64,000 bases of DNA from Dehalococcoidia bacterium (GTDB lineage Bacteria; Chloroflexota; Dehalococcoidia; UBA2979), in NCBI GenBank assembly GCA_965262725.1, contig OZ253555.1:1952001-2016000 (forward strand). Direction: 5' to 3'. The position numbers were made by a program, and so were the translations under genes. The notes beneath the pieces are model-generated. The model was not told where the DNA came from, ran no database searches, and saw only the letters and a list, made by a program, of their open reading frames with translations. Positions 29,739-40,165 of this stretch are shown one piece after another. The number at the start of each line of letters is the position of its first letter. The stretch's first letter is position 1.

Positions 29739-31648
29739 GAGGCTGGTGCCAAACTTGATGCCCGGCCGCTGCGGTCAGGTGTGAGACGGAAGTGTCGCTT
29801 CTGGCGGCCCGGGTCGGGAGGCGGCGGCCGGGGAGTGAGCGGGGCTTGCATCGATGCGGTCTCGGGATCCCCGGTCGCGGGCCCTGCCGCAGTGGTCTCT
29901 CGCCGCTTCGCCTCTACGAGGGCGCTGCCACCGCCCACCGGGTTGGTGTGTAATGCAGCCCCAGCGTCGCCAGCCGCGCCAGGTTGACGGAGGCGGCGAG
30001 CAGATTGTGGTCGGCGTCGACCTTGAGGCGGCCCCGGACGCGGGCAACGCGGCCCCCGTGTCTGCGACGGGTCGTATGCGCCACCTTGCGTTCGACTCTC
30101 GAGCGGACCGCGCGGTAGCCGGATAGCCACCCGGGAGTCTCCTGGCATGCCCGGGCGGCCGCGAGACTGGCCTCGTGGACGCCCACCGCGACGGTGCGTC
30201 CCCCGCGCGATGTGGTGCACTGCGCGCGAAGCGGACAGGGGCTGCAGGCGCCCCGGAAGCCGGCGGTTCCCGAGCCGTCGGAGGCGCGGCGAATCGGCAC
30301 CGTCACCTCCGCGGGGCAGGTCACGGTGCCCCTCTCCAGGTCGATGGTGAATCGCTCCTTGCTGAAGTGCTGATGCGGCGCGGTCGCTCTCTGAGTGCGG
30401 CAGCGGGACTCGACCCCGTGCTGCTCCAGCAGCGACTGGAACGCGCCCGAGCCGTAGGCCGAATCGCCGTAGACCGTCGGTGTCCCGGTGCTCGCCTCCG
30501 CAGCCGCGTCGGCGGCTAAGTCGTGTGCCCCTGCGTCCTCCAGCAGGTCCGTGATCAACTCCTCCGCAACCTCCCCGTCCGCCACGTTGCCCGCGGTCAC
30601 CGTCGTGTGGGTGATGAGCTCCGACTCCGGGTCGACCGCCAGATGGCCCTTGTAGCCGTCGAAGCCGTGCGCGGAGCTCTTGCGTCCGTGGCGGGCGTCG
30701 GTGTCCACGGTCGAGATGATGCGGTCCCTCGCTACCCGCCGCGCAATCACGAAGCGCCCGCCGTCGTCCTGCTCGAGGTCCTGCCCCACCACGGCCGCAC
30801 AGAGCTCGCCCGCCCGCTCGACGTGCCCGTCGAGCTCCCGGCCCTCCAGCACCCGCAGGCAGCGCGATACATCGGCCGCCAGCTCGTCGATGAGCGCCCG
30901 CGCGGCCTCGCGGTCCTCCCAGTCGCACGGAGGCTTCCCAGTGGCCCGGTAGTCGTCATCGCGCTCCAGCACCGCCCGCAGCTCGGCCCCGAGTCCGGGC
31001 GCATCGAGGCTCTCCGCCTCCCGCAGCAGCCCGCGGAGCGACGAGCGGAGCAACGTCACCGTGTCCTGCGTGGCGACGGCGTCGTAGAGCGGCGTGGAGT
31101 CCAGCACACGCTGAGCAGAGAGCAGCTTCGCCTCGCGCGCCACCGCGAGCGTGGCCTCGAAGATGCGCCGGGGACGCTCGGAGCCGGCGAGGCGAGCGCG
31201 CATCGAGACCAGGACCGTGTGCACGAAGCCCGGCGCGTCGTAGTCGAGTCCGCCGCAGGCGAACTTCCAGCGGGCGTCCCACTCGAAGGCCGCCACCGCC
31301 TCGCGGTCGGAGAGGCCGTGGAGTCGCTGCAGCACCATGACCGTGGCGACGACGCGGGGCGGAACGCTGCGGCGGCCGCGAGCGGCGAAGAGGTCGGCGA
31401 ACATCTCGTCGGGGAAGAGGCGTTCACCCTCGCGGGCCAGGAGGGTCCAGATGGAGTTCCCGGGAACCCTCTCAGCGACGTAGGCGGTGCTCTTGAAGAG
31501 GTGGGGCTGCCTGGAGGTCTCTCCGAGTGTCATGGGCGCGCCTTCCGCTGCGAACGGAACTGATCACACACATGATCGCATTCCGTTACTCAGCTCGCAA
31601 CGCGACCCCGCCTCCAGCGGCACCCACCGTCCAAAAAACACCAGCCTC
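29739..31648 (-). mobile_element. IS1182 family element
   Basis: TIRs GAGGCTGGTG/CACCAGCCTC; CTAG on both sides. Confidence 0.88.
29914..31533 (-). CDS. IS1182 family transposase
   Basis: GRRSVPP, VLDSTPL, FDGYKGH, YGDSAYG, CSPCPLRAQCT, RSRVERK. Confidence 0.92.
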   Translation of the reverse strand: MTLGETSRQPHLFKSTAYVAERVPGNSIWTLLAREGERLFPDEMFADLFAARGRRSVPPRVVATVMVLQRLHGLSDREAVAAFEWDARWKFACGGLDYDAPGFVHTVLVSMRARLAGSERPRRIFEATLAVAREAKLLSAQRVLDSTPLYDAVATQDTVTLLRSSLRGLLREAESLDAPGLGAELRAVLERDDDYRATGKPPCDWEDREAARALIDELAADVSRCLRVLEGRELDGHVERAGELCAAVVGQDLEQDDGGRFVIARRVARDRIISTVDTDARHGRKSSAHGFDGYKGHLAVDPESELITHTTVTAGNVADGEVAEELITDLLEDAGAHDLAADAAAEASTGTPTVYGDSAYGSGAFQSLLEQHGVESRCRTQRATAPHQHFSKERFTIDLERGTVTCPAEVTVPIRRASDGSGTAGFRGACSPCPLRAQCTTSRGGRTVAVGVHEASLAAARACQETPGWLSGYRAVRSRVERKVAHTTRRRHGGRVARVRGRLKVDADHNLLAASVNLARLATLGLHYTPTRWAVAAPS

Positions 31649-31721
31649 CTAGGGTCGGAGGCAAGGCGATCCCCGTTTTCTGGGATGAGTCGGTTGCCGA
31701 GGATTCGCCGTCTTCGGTGGG

Positions 31722-31928
31722 TCAGGGGGTGGCCCGGCCGAACAAGGATTGCGATCCCGAGGATCCGGCCTCCTGCGTCGCTTCCCGCTCATCCGCCCGC
31801 TCGAGGAGCGAGCCGGAGTCGCCTGTGTCCTCGCCATCGGTGCAGGCCGCGAGGGCCGCCGTGAGGACCAGCGCAAGGACAACGCCCAACAGGGCAAGCC
31901 GTCTCGCCGGTCCAGTACTCGTCATCAT
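31722..31928 (-). pseudogene. truncated paralogue of the RCC1 lipoprotein N-terminus
   Basis: LAAC-TDGEDTGDSGSLLERADEREATQEAGSSGSQS shared with the 34 kb ORF. Confidence 0.7.
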
Positions 31929-32120
31929 CGTGACCTCCCATCGTTGCTGAAGGCGTCATCCCGCGACACTGCCCGCGGCAAACCGCACGGCAGGCCTCCG
32001 CCGGGCCGGCTATCGCTGCCCTCGCGCGTCCCCTCCCGCAGAGATTGGGACGGGGTTCCGTACTCTCGGCTATGACTCCTCTCCCGACCACGGCGTGGCC
32101 TTGCCAAACCAGTCACTGCC

Positions 32121-32300
32121 CTAGCAGGCGACGGAGCCGTCCCGCTTCACCGCGCAGGTGCGGTCATCCCCGGCGCTGACGGAGGCGAACTGCCCCTCCG
32201 GCGGCGTGGCTTGGCCACTCCCATCATCGCCCCAGCAGGCGACGGAGCCGGCGGTCCTCACCCCGCAGGTGCGAACCACCTCGGTGCTGACCAAGGCGAA
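32121..32300 (-). pseudogene. out-of-frame RCC1 repeat tail
   Basis: TCGVRTAGSVACWG..ATPPEGQFASVSAG. Confidence 0.7.
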
Positions 32301-32301
32301 C

Positions 32302-34164
32302 TCACCGACCAGCAGGAGGCATGAACGCCCCATATCGGCCCCAGCAGGCCACGGAGCCGTCCACCTGCACCCCGCAGGTGCGGTCATCCCCGGCGCTGAC
32401 GGAGGCGAACTGCCCGTCCGGCGGCGTGGCCTCGCCATTCTCGTCACCGCCCCAGCAGGCCACGGAGCCGTCGGTCTTCACCCCGCAGGTGTGCTCCACC
32501 CCGGCGCTGACCGAGGCGAACTCCCCCTCCGGCGGCGTCGCCTGGCCAAAGCGATTCTTGCCCCAGCAGGCGACGGTGCCGTCGGTCTTCACCCCGCAGG
32601 TGTGAGACGACCCGGCGCTGACCGAGGCGAACTGCCCGTCCGGCGGCGTGGCTCGGCCACTCCCATCATGGCCCCAGCAGGCCACGAAGCCGTCCCGCTT
32701 CACCCCGCAGGTGTACAAGGACCCGGCGCTGACCGAGGCGAACTCCCCCTCCGGCGGCGTGGCCTCGCCCAATTCACTCCCGCCCCAGCAGGCCACGGAG
32801 TGGTCGGTCCTCACCCCGCAGGTGTGCTCATACCCGGCGCTGGCGGAGGTGAATTCCCCTTCCGGATGAGACTTGGCTCTTGACGATCCCCTTGAAGAAT
32901 CTCCCCAGCAGGCCAACGTCCCGTCCCGCCGAACTCCGCAGGTGTGGTTATACCCGGCAGAGCGCGTGCCGGTGCTGACCGCAGTGAACTCCCCCTCCGG
33001 AGGCACTCCACAGGATATGCAATCATCTGAACGCAATCCCCAGCAGGCCACCTCGCCGTCTACCCGCACTCCGCAGGTGTAAGCATCCCCTTTGGCGCTG
33101 ACCGCGATGAACTTTTTGCCCGGCGGCGTCGCCTGGCCAACGCGATTATCGCCCCAGCAGGCGACGGTGCCGTCGGTCTTCACCCCGCAGGTGTGCAAGT
33201 ACCCGGCGCTGACGGAGGCGAACTGCCCCTCCGGCGGCGTGGACTGGCCATTCTCGCCCCAGCAGGCGACGGTGCCGTCGGTCTTCACCCCGCAGGTGTG
33301 CAAGTACCCGGCGCTGACGGAGGCGAACTGCCCCTCCGGCGGCGTGGACTGGCCATTCTCGCCCCAGCAGGCGACGGTGCCGTCCCGCTTCACCCCGCAG
33401 GTGTACTTGTACCCGACGCTGACCGAGGCGAACTCCCCCTCCGGCGGCGTCGCCTGGCCAACGCCACTCGCGCCCCAGCAGGCGACGGTGCCGTCGGTCT
33501 TCACCCCGCAGGTGTGCCCATACCCGACGCTGACGGAGGCGAACTGCCCCTCCGGCGGCGTCGCCTGGCCAACGCCACTCGCGCCCCAGCAGGCGACGGT
33601 GCCGTCGGTCTTCACCCCGCAGGTGTGCCCATACGCGACGCTGACGGAGGCGAACTGCCCCTCCGTCGTCGCCGCCTGGCCAACGCCACTCGCGCCCCAG
33701 CAGGCGACGGTGCCGTCGGTCTTCACCGCGCAGGTGCGGTCATCCCCGGCGCTGACGGAGGCGAACTGCCCCTCCGGCGGCGTGGCCTCGCCATTCTCGT
33801 CACCGCCCCAGCAGGCCACGGAGCCGTCCCGCTTCACCCCGCAGGTGTGCAAGTACCCGGCGCTGACGGAGGCGAACTGCCCCTCCGGCGGCGTGGCCTC
33901 GCCGCCTGCCATGATGGGCCGGTCTTGGTCTGCCTCCCCGGTGGATCCTGGGATGTCCAGGCCGAAGGGGGTCTGCGATTGCGATCCCGAGGATCCGGCC
34001 TCCTGCGTCGCTTCCCGCTCATCCGCCCGCTCGAGCAGCGAGCCGGAGTCGCCTGCGTCCTCGCCTTCGGTGCAGGCCGCGAGGGCCGCCGCCAGCACCA
34101 GCGCAAGGACAACGCCCAACAGGGTCCCGCATCTTGGCGCTCGCCTACCGGTCATTTTCTTCAC
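32302..34164 (-). CDS. RCC1-repeat lipoprotein
   Basis: Lipobox LAAC; about 14 repeats of FASVSAGxxHTCGVKxDGxVACWG. Confidence 0.88.
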   Translation of the reverse strand: MKKMTGRRAPRCGTLLGVVLALVLAAALAACTEGEDAGDSGSLLERADEREATQEAGSSGSQSQTPFGLDIPGSTGEADQDRPIMAGGEATPPEGQFASVSAGYLHTCGVKRDGSVACWGGDENGEATPPEGQFASVSAGDDRTCAVKTDGTVACWGASGVGQAATTEGQFASVSVAYGHTCGVKTDGTVACWGASGVGQATPPEGQFASVSVGYGHTCGVKTDGTVACWGASGVGQATPPEGEFASVSVGYKYTCGVKRDGTVACWGENGQSTPPEGQFASVSAGYLHTCGVKTDGTVACWGENGQSTPPEGQFASVSAGYLHTCGVKTDGTVACWGDNRVGQATPPGKKFIAVSAKGDAYTCGVRVDGEVACWGLRSDDCISCGVPPEGEFTAVSTGTRSAGYNHTCGVRRDGTLACWGDSSRGSSRAKSHPEGEFTSASAGYEHTCGVRTDHSVACWGGSELGEATPPEGEFASVSAGSLYTCGVKRDGFVACWGHDGSGRATPPDGQFASVSAGSSHTCGVKTDGTVACWGKNRFGQATPPEGEFASVSAGVEHTCGVKTDGSVACWGGDENGEATPPDGQFASVSAGDDRTCGVQVDGSVACWGRYGAFMPPAGR

Positions 34165-34206
34165 CTCCCCATAGCATCGATTAATACCGGGTTGTTCAGG
34201 CCATCC

Positions 34207-34393
34207 CTAGTGTCCTGAATTGGAAATGCGATTGAGATATCCGGTGAGGTTGTCAAGGATCTGGTCCGCGAACTTGTGCCAGATGAAGCGCCTCCGGTGC
34301 TCGTTTCCAGTTGCGACCCAAGCCTCCACTGAGCGGACCAGGCCTGCGAGGCTCGGTGCGATTGTTTTCAGCATTTGCAACTCGGGACACTAG
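34207..34393 (-). mobile_element. IS630-derived MITE (~185 bp)
   Basis: Ends CTAGTGTCC/GGACACTAG; interior resembles the IS630 3' end. Confidence 0.82.
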
Positions 34394-35130
34394 AACGCGT
34401 CGCTGTAGTTGCTGAACGAGTCAAACTGGTCCAGGTCACAGACCGCTTCAGCCCTGACCCTGCGGCCGTCCTGCCTGACGTTGATGTCGTGGCAGTCGCC
34501 GTCGTCCACCACCTCTTCGAGGTCGTCTTCGGCTCGTTCGGCGTCCCTCGCGGAATCGAATTCAGCCAACAGCACGATCTTGGCTTCCCGTGAGTTCTCT
34601 TTCTCCACCGACAATCCGTAGACCTCGCAGCCGTCCCAGCCGCATTCGTCGCCTGTGACTATCCGCACATACCCGGAAGGGAGGTCTCCCCATACATCAC
34701 CCAGCTCGTCATCGAGCGACGACCCGCCCCGGTCGCGCCGCCGGAGCATGTCCTCCATATCCTCCTCGTAATAGGCGATGAGGACAGCGCCCCGGGCAGG
34801 AAGGCAAACGCTTCCCATGTGCTCGATGAGTCTATCCATACTTCCACACTGGCGCTCTCGTCGTCGTCGTAGTCCCGATCGTCCAGTTCGTCCTGCAGGT
34901 CACGGTCGTCCACTTCGCCCAGGAGGTAGACGTCGCCCCCGCCGTCTTCTTCGGAGAACGCCATGAAGTCCAGGTCCCGGAGGTCCGCGTCGTAGGCGTC
35001 AAAAGCCCAGTTGGATTCCACGCTCCTTCGGAAGTCCCTGAGGTCGTCATCGCCGTCAATCGCGGCGACATCGAAGAAAGAACCCCGGCGGCATCGTCGG
35101 AGAGCATCTGCATGAGGTCCTCCGTCGTCT
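34390..35130 (-). pseudogene. acidic hypothetical protein, frameshifted and 5'-truncated
   Basis: Continuous Asp/Glu-rich coding sequence across two frames. Confidence 0.45.
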
Positions 35131-35134
35131 GGCG

Positions 35135-35315
35135 TGTCAAACGGCCACGGGAAGGGGAAGGTCTCGAACGTCGTTGTCGGCGTGTAGCGCGGGCGATCCT
35201 CTAGGCTCGTGCCCATCCGCAGCGACCACAGCTCGTGCGCGCGCGAGTGCAGCACCCCAAACGCGTAGTCGTCGGCGCGTCCAATCACAATAAGTTGGTG
35301 ATCGTCGTGCTCGAG
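35135..35315 (-). pseudogene. type IIG/MmeI-like DNA methyltransferase C-terminal fragment
   Basis: FGVLHSRAHELW..RYTPTTTFETFPFP. Confidence 0.75.
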
Positions 35316-35319
35316 CTCA

Positions 35320-35601
35320 GCAAGAGCTGCACGCAGTGAATGCGCAGCATCACTGCCAACGGGTAGGGCCGCCGTCCCCGCCCCGCCTTCGGGTAGACGG
35401 GCCGGATGCGCCCTTCGAGGGCCTCCCAGGGGAGAAGGCCGTCCATCCGTTCGAGGAAGCGCTCCCGGCGCGTCTTCCGCCTCTTGTTCTCGAACTCCAC
35501 GCTCGCGAACGTCGGCTGGTGCATTGGGGCGCGCTCCTCCCTCTCCCCCGCCCCCCAATCCTACCGAGGCGCCAACCTCGCGACCTGTTCAGAGAGTTCC
35601 T
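35320..35601 (-). pseudogene. IS5 family 5' remnant
   Basis: [37 protein letters not shown]. Confidence 0.85.
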
Positions 35602-35845
35602 GGAGGCTTCGCAGAGGCAATTCGACTGACATTCGACGCGAGAAGCCCCCATTCGACTGAATCGACCGCGATCTTCGACTGACGCTCGGTGGCCCCAATG
35701 CAGGCTATGCCCACATCGCTGCCGCATTGGCCGCGGTGCTTCGGAAGGGTCGACGCGTGAGAACACCGTTCGCCTCATCGGCCGCCACCGTCCCCCGCGC
35801 GGGAGTCGCCGGGAGTCCGCTCGCCGAGTCGGCCGCCAGCGCAGC

Positions 35846-37816
35846 GTGGGCAGTCACGTGAGCAAGATCGCTGCAACCGGGGCACTCGCCTCGCGGGCCC
35901 TGGCCTGGCTGGTCCAGCTGCCCCTCCTCGGTGATGAGGAACTGGCGCAGTTGCTCGGCGTCCATGAGATCGATGCCGCGAGGACGCGCCGCGAACTGGA
36001 GGGCCTCGGCTGGGTGGAGCGGGTCGCAACCGGCTCGCACGAACTCCGCCCCGGGTGGCTCTCGTTCGTGCGCGAGGAGGCGACGCCCGCGCTCGCGGAT
36101 CTGCTCGGGATCTCCCGCGAGGAGTTGGGGCGGTGCCTCGCGCTGCGGACGCGTGACGTGCTGCGGCGGATAGCCGCGATGGAGATCGCCGCCGGCATCA
36201 ACCAGCTCTTCGCCGGGTTGGCCGCGGACCCTGGCTTGCGAGGGCTCGAGCTGACGGTCGCTCGCGTTCTTCCGGCTGTCGGGCGCGCAGCGAATCGGTG
36301 GTGGCCAGCCGGCGTCGACGCCTACGGTTGCCTGCGTGCCGGGGGACTCCACGCGCCGTTCTTCGTCGCGTGGGACCGGGCGCGGGCTCCGGTTGTTCAT
36401 CGTCGCGCGCGCCTGGCTACCTGGCAGGCCTTCGCGAAATCGACGGGGGCCTGGGGATCGGCCGGGGCACCGCCGGTCGTGGTCGTCTGCGCGGACGAGC
36501 GCGCAACCGGCTGGTGGGAGAGCAGCGTCAGGCAGCACGTCGAGCGGCACGGTGGCCAGCCGCTCGACCTGATCCTCGGCACCGCCGGCGCGCTCGCGGC
36601 CGACGGTGCCGGCACCGAGATCTGGCGCCTGCCGGAACCGCGGCGCCGGGCCCTCCTCGCCGAGCGGCTGGGGTGGGGTCCGGCGCCGCCCGCCGAGGTC
36701 GCGGCACCATCCCTGGGGGAACTGCCCGAGTCCCTCCCGGAGGTGCCCCGGCGCACGCCTCCGCTGCGCCGAGCGGCCGCGGCGACGGCCGCACCGGACT
36801 CTCGTTCCGGCGCCCGCGAGCGACTCGCGGCCCTGACGCTTGCCACGGACGCCGACGAGAAGCTGCTGCTGGAGTGGGTGGGGCTGCACCCGCTGCTCGA
36901 TATGGCCCAGCTCGCGGTGTTGCTCGACCGGCCCGTCGCCGCCGTGGCGCGGCGCATCGCGCGCCTGCTTCGCTTCGGTGCGGTGGAGGAGATGACGCGC
37001 CTGCCGGACGGGGCAGCCCGCTCCGCGACCGGATTCGTGCTCGGCGGTCCGGGCCTGAGGTGGCTCGCCGCCCGCGACGGTGTGCCCCCTCGCCTCTACG
37101 CCAGGCACGGTGCAGTCGCCGCCGCCACGGACGGCGGCAGCACTGCCGGCACGCGCCTCGACGGCTTCGTCCGGCACGTCGAGCACTCACTGGGCGTGAA
37201 CCGCACCATGGTGCGGCTTGCCGCGGACGCGCGTCGCGCTGGCCACCGGCTCGAGGAGTGGCGTAGCGAGGCGGAGTCGCACAGGCGGTTCCGGGACGAC
37301 TCCTCCAGCTACTGGATACGCCCGGACGCGTCGGGCTCGCTCTCGTGCGCCGGAGGCCGCCACGCCTTCCTGCTTGAGTACGACCGGGGCACGCTCGATG
37401 CCGCGGACCACCGGGCGAAGCTCACCGGCTACCACCGCTACTACCGCAACCGGGAGTTCGCGGGCGACTTCGGTGGGCCGCCCGGGCTGCTCGCTGTCGC
37501 CACGGATGACCGGGCCGAGGAGCGCTTCGCGCGGGCCGCGAGGCGAGCCTCGCGCGAGTGGGCGTCGCAGCTTCCGCTGCTCCTGACCACCGAGTGGCGG
37601 TTTGCCCGCGATCCTTCCAATACCCGGGGTCTGCTCGGGCCGATCTGGAGGGCGGCCGATGAACCCGCGACGCGCTGGCCGTGGCTGGGAGAAGGCCGCC
37701 GGCCGATTCCGTGCGCGGGAGGGGCCCTCCCGGACACCGATCCGGCAGGCAGAAGGCAAGGGACGGTCCCGGCCGAGAGCCGTTACGCTCAGGCCGACCG
37801 TCAGGGTGTGCGATGA
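35846..37816 (+). CDS. replication-relaxation (Replic_Relax) family protein with two tandem domains
   Basis: EHSLGVN, WRSE, IRPDASG, FLLEYDRGT; degenerate N-terminal copy (AGINQLF, DAYG, FFVAWDR). Confidence 0.75.
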   Translation: MGSHVSKIAATGALASRALAWLVQLPLLGDEELAQLLGVHEIDAARTRRELEGLGWVERVATGSHELRPGWLSFVREEATPALADLLGISREELGRCLALRTRDVLRRIAAMEIAAGINQLFAGLAADPGLRGLELTVARVLPAVGRAANRWWPAGVDAYGCLRAGGLHAPFFVAWDRARAPVVHRRARLATWQAFAKSTGAWGSAGAPPVVVVCADERATGWWESSVRQHVERHGGQPLDLILGTAGALAADGAGTEIWRLPEPRRRALLAERLGWGPAPPAEVAAPSLGELPESLPEVPRRTPPLRRAAAATAAPDSRSGARERLAALTLATDADEKLLLEWVGLHPLLDMAQLAVLLDRPVAAVARRIARLLRFGAVEEMTRLPDGAARSATGFVLGGPGLRWLAARDGVPPRLYARHGAVAAATDGGSTAGTRLDGFVRHVEHSLGVNRTMVRLAADARRAGHRLEEWRSEAESHRRFRDDSSSYWIRPDASGSLSCAGGRHAFLLEYDRGTLDAADHRAKLTGYHRYYRNREFAGDFGGPPGLLAVATDDRAEERFARAARRASREWASQLPLLLTTEWRFARDPSNTRGLLGPIWRAADEPATRWPWLGEGRRPIPCAGGALPDTDPAGRRQGTVPAESRYAQADRQGVR

Positions 37817-38014
37817 ACGTCCAACACGACATAATCACTGCAAGGTCAGGGATCGCACGGGGGAGCTGCGCGCCCACCTGGGGGGAAGGGAAGTGCGCCG
37901 GGATCGACGAGGGCGACTCCGGACCCTCCGCGTCGGCGGTGGAGTATCTTTGCCGTGAGTGGGCGGCCGTCGGCAGGGCGATCCTGACCCGGCGTGCGCG
38001 GGCAGGGGCGTGTG

Positions 38015-39577
38015 ATGGCGGCAAGCAGTAGGGCGGCCGGGTATATCCGGGTCTCCGACGAGAGCCAGATCGATACGAACTCGCTCGAGGCTCAGCGCCG
38101 CGAGATCGCCCGCTACTGCGAGCGGCAGGGCTACCGACTGGTCCGCTTCTACGCCGACGAGGGCGTGAGCGCCCACACCGAGCAGATCGAGCGGCGTCCC
38201 CAACTCCTCGCGTTGCTCGACGCCGCCTCGCGCGGTGAGTTCGACGTGGCGATCGTCCACACGCTGGACCGGTGGTCGCGCAACGTCGGCGTCCAGCGCC
38301 AGGCGCTGCAGCGCCTCGGCGATGCCCATGTGGGCTTCGCGAGCGTCACCGAGAGCATCGATTTCGCGACTCCCGCCGGCAGGCTCATGCTCACGATGAT
38401 CGGCGGCGTGTCGGAGTTCTTCTCGGACCAGCTCGGGGTCCACGTCAGCAAGTCGAAGAAGGTCCGCGCCGAGGGCGGGCTCCCGGCCGGCAACGTGCCC
38501 TTCGGGTACCGGGCCAACCCGGAGTCGGGCGTAGCGGAGCAGGTCCCCGGGGAGGCCTCTGCGGTTGCGGGCGCGTTCGAGCGCCGGGCCGCCGGTGACA
38601 CCAACGGGGCGATCGCGGACTGGATCAACGCGCAGGGGTTCACGACGCGCACCGGCCGGCTGTTCACGGCGCATGCCATCAAGGACATGCTGAACACGCG
38701 CTTCTACGCGGGGGTCGTCGGTTACAGGGGGAACGAGTACCCCGGACGGCACGTGGGCATCGTCGACGAGGACCTCTACGAGCGCGTGCAGCAGCGCCGG
38801 CGACGTGATCGGCGGCCGCGCCGGCAGCGGGTCGGTCCGCCGAGCGTCCTCCACGGGATGCTCCACTGCGGCAACTGCGGTAGCGCGCTGCATTCCGATC
38901 GCACCCACGCGGGATATCCGCTCTACCGCGAGCGCCACGGCAGACCGTGCGGGACGAACGGGCGGGCGATCGTGGCGCACCGCGTGGACGAGCAGATCGG
39001 CGAGATCGTCAGCTCGGTGGAGCTTCGGCCCGACTGGCGGAAGCGCATGGCCGAGTACGCGGTGTCGGACGAGGGCCCGAGCCTCACGGTCCTCCGCAGC
39101 CAGCGGCTGCGGCTGGGCCGGGTGTACGCGGACGGCACGCTCCCGGAGGCGGAGTACCGGGGCCGGCTCGCCGAGATCGACGCTCGCATTCGCGCGAGGA
39201 CGGCGCCGTCTGAGCCGACGCTCGGGGATGCGGCGGAGTTGTTCGGCGACATACCGGCGCTCTGGGAAGAGGCGGGGCCCGAGGAGCGCCGCCGTCTCGT
39301 GGCGCCCTTGATCGAACGTGTCTACGTGGACATCGAGAGCAAGCGCGTCGGCGCCTTCACGCCGTCGCCCGCGTTCCGGTCGCTGCTTGCGGCGGCAACG
39401 CAACGGAGGTCTCAATCGAGGGCGGTGATCCTGTCTCCAGATGAGACCAGGTCCCCCGAAATAATGGCGTGGTGGAGACGGGGGAGGCTCTGGCTCCAAG
39501 ATCTCCAACCACCCGCGCTCATTCATGCCGGGCCAGCTCAGTGGTCGGCCTACGGCCTTGTCTGGCAGCTCAGGTGA
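38015..39577 (+). CDS. large serine recombinase (integrase)
   Basis: YIRVSDESQ, SLEAQ, DRWSRN, PFGY, Zn ribbon CGNCG. Confidence 0.93.
   Translation: MAASSRAAGYIRVSDESQIDTNSLEAQRREIARYCERQGYRLVRFYADEGVSAHTEQIERRPQLLALLDAASRGEFDVAIVHTLDRWSRNVGVQRQALQRLGDAHVGFASVTESIDFATPAGRLMLTMIGGVSEFFSDQLGVHVSKSKKVRAEGGLPAGNVPFGYRANPESGVAEQVPGEASAVAGAFERRAAGDTNGAIADWINAQGFTTRTGRLFTAHAIKDMLNTRFYAGVVGYRGNEYPGRHVGIVDEDLYERVQQRRRRDRRPRRQRVGPPSVLHGMLHCGNCGSALHSDRTHAGYPLYRERHGRPCGTNGRAIVAHRVDEQIGEIVSSVELRPDWRKRMAEYAVSDEGPSLTVLRSQRLRLGRVYADGTLPEAEYRGRLAEIDARIRARTAPSEPTLGDAAELFGDIPALWEEAGPEERRRLVAPLIERVYVDIESKRVGAFTPSPAFRSLLAAATQRRSQSRAVILSPDETRSPEIMAWWRRGRLWLQDLQPPALIHAGPAQWSAYGLVWQLR
39470..39486 (-). other. tRNA/tmRNA 3'-end-like att site
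   Basis: Reads CTCCCCCGTCTCCACCA on (-), inside the integrase 3' end. Confidence 0.55.
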
Positions 39578-39899
39578 ATCGGCCGCGGCAGCAGCATCGA
39601 CGACGACTGGTGGTTCGCGCCATCTTCTTGACTTCCCGGAAGCTGGCGGTAGTCATGTGAGCGGACGTTGGGGGCCCCGCACTGGTACTCCACACTGCCA
39701 GATTGCCAAGTTCCGTCCCGCCCCGTCCCGTTCCGTACCTATATTCTGCGAAGGCACGTCGCAGCCTGTACCCGCTCGTCACACCCAATCCCACCGAACA
39801 TGGGCACAACTTGGCCACAAGATCGTCGCACGCGCAGTCGTCACGGGGTGGTCGGCCGAGGGCACGCCGCGGACCAGACCGGGGCGTGACCCCGGGCGA

Positions 39900-40165
39900 G
39901 TGGCGCGTCCTCAGGATCTCAGGGAGACCCAGCGGAGCCTGGCGTCCGATGTCCGGGAGGAGACCGGCCACCCGCTCGTCTTCATCATCGACGAGCTCGA
40001 CCGGTGCCAGCCGACCATCGCGATCGCGCTGCTGGAGCGGGTCAAGCACATCTGCGACGTGCCCGACGTCGTGTTCGTGTTCGGGGTCAACCGCCTGGAG
40101 CTCACGCGCTCAGTGCAGTCGGTCTACGGCGCAATCGACGCGGGGACGTACCTCCGGCGCCCTTA
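39900..40165 (+). pseudogene. KAP family P-loop NTPase fragment
   Basis: LVFIIDELDRCQP..LLERVKH..VFVFGVN..YLRR. Confidence 0.8.

Noticed and set aside
32121-33910. Regular repeats as a CRISPR array
   Set aside because: They are in-frame coding RCC1 repeats without unique spacers.
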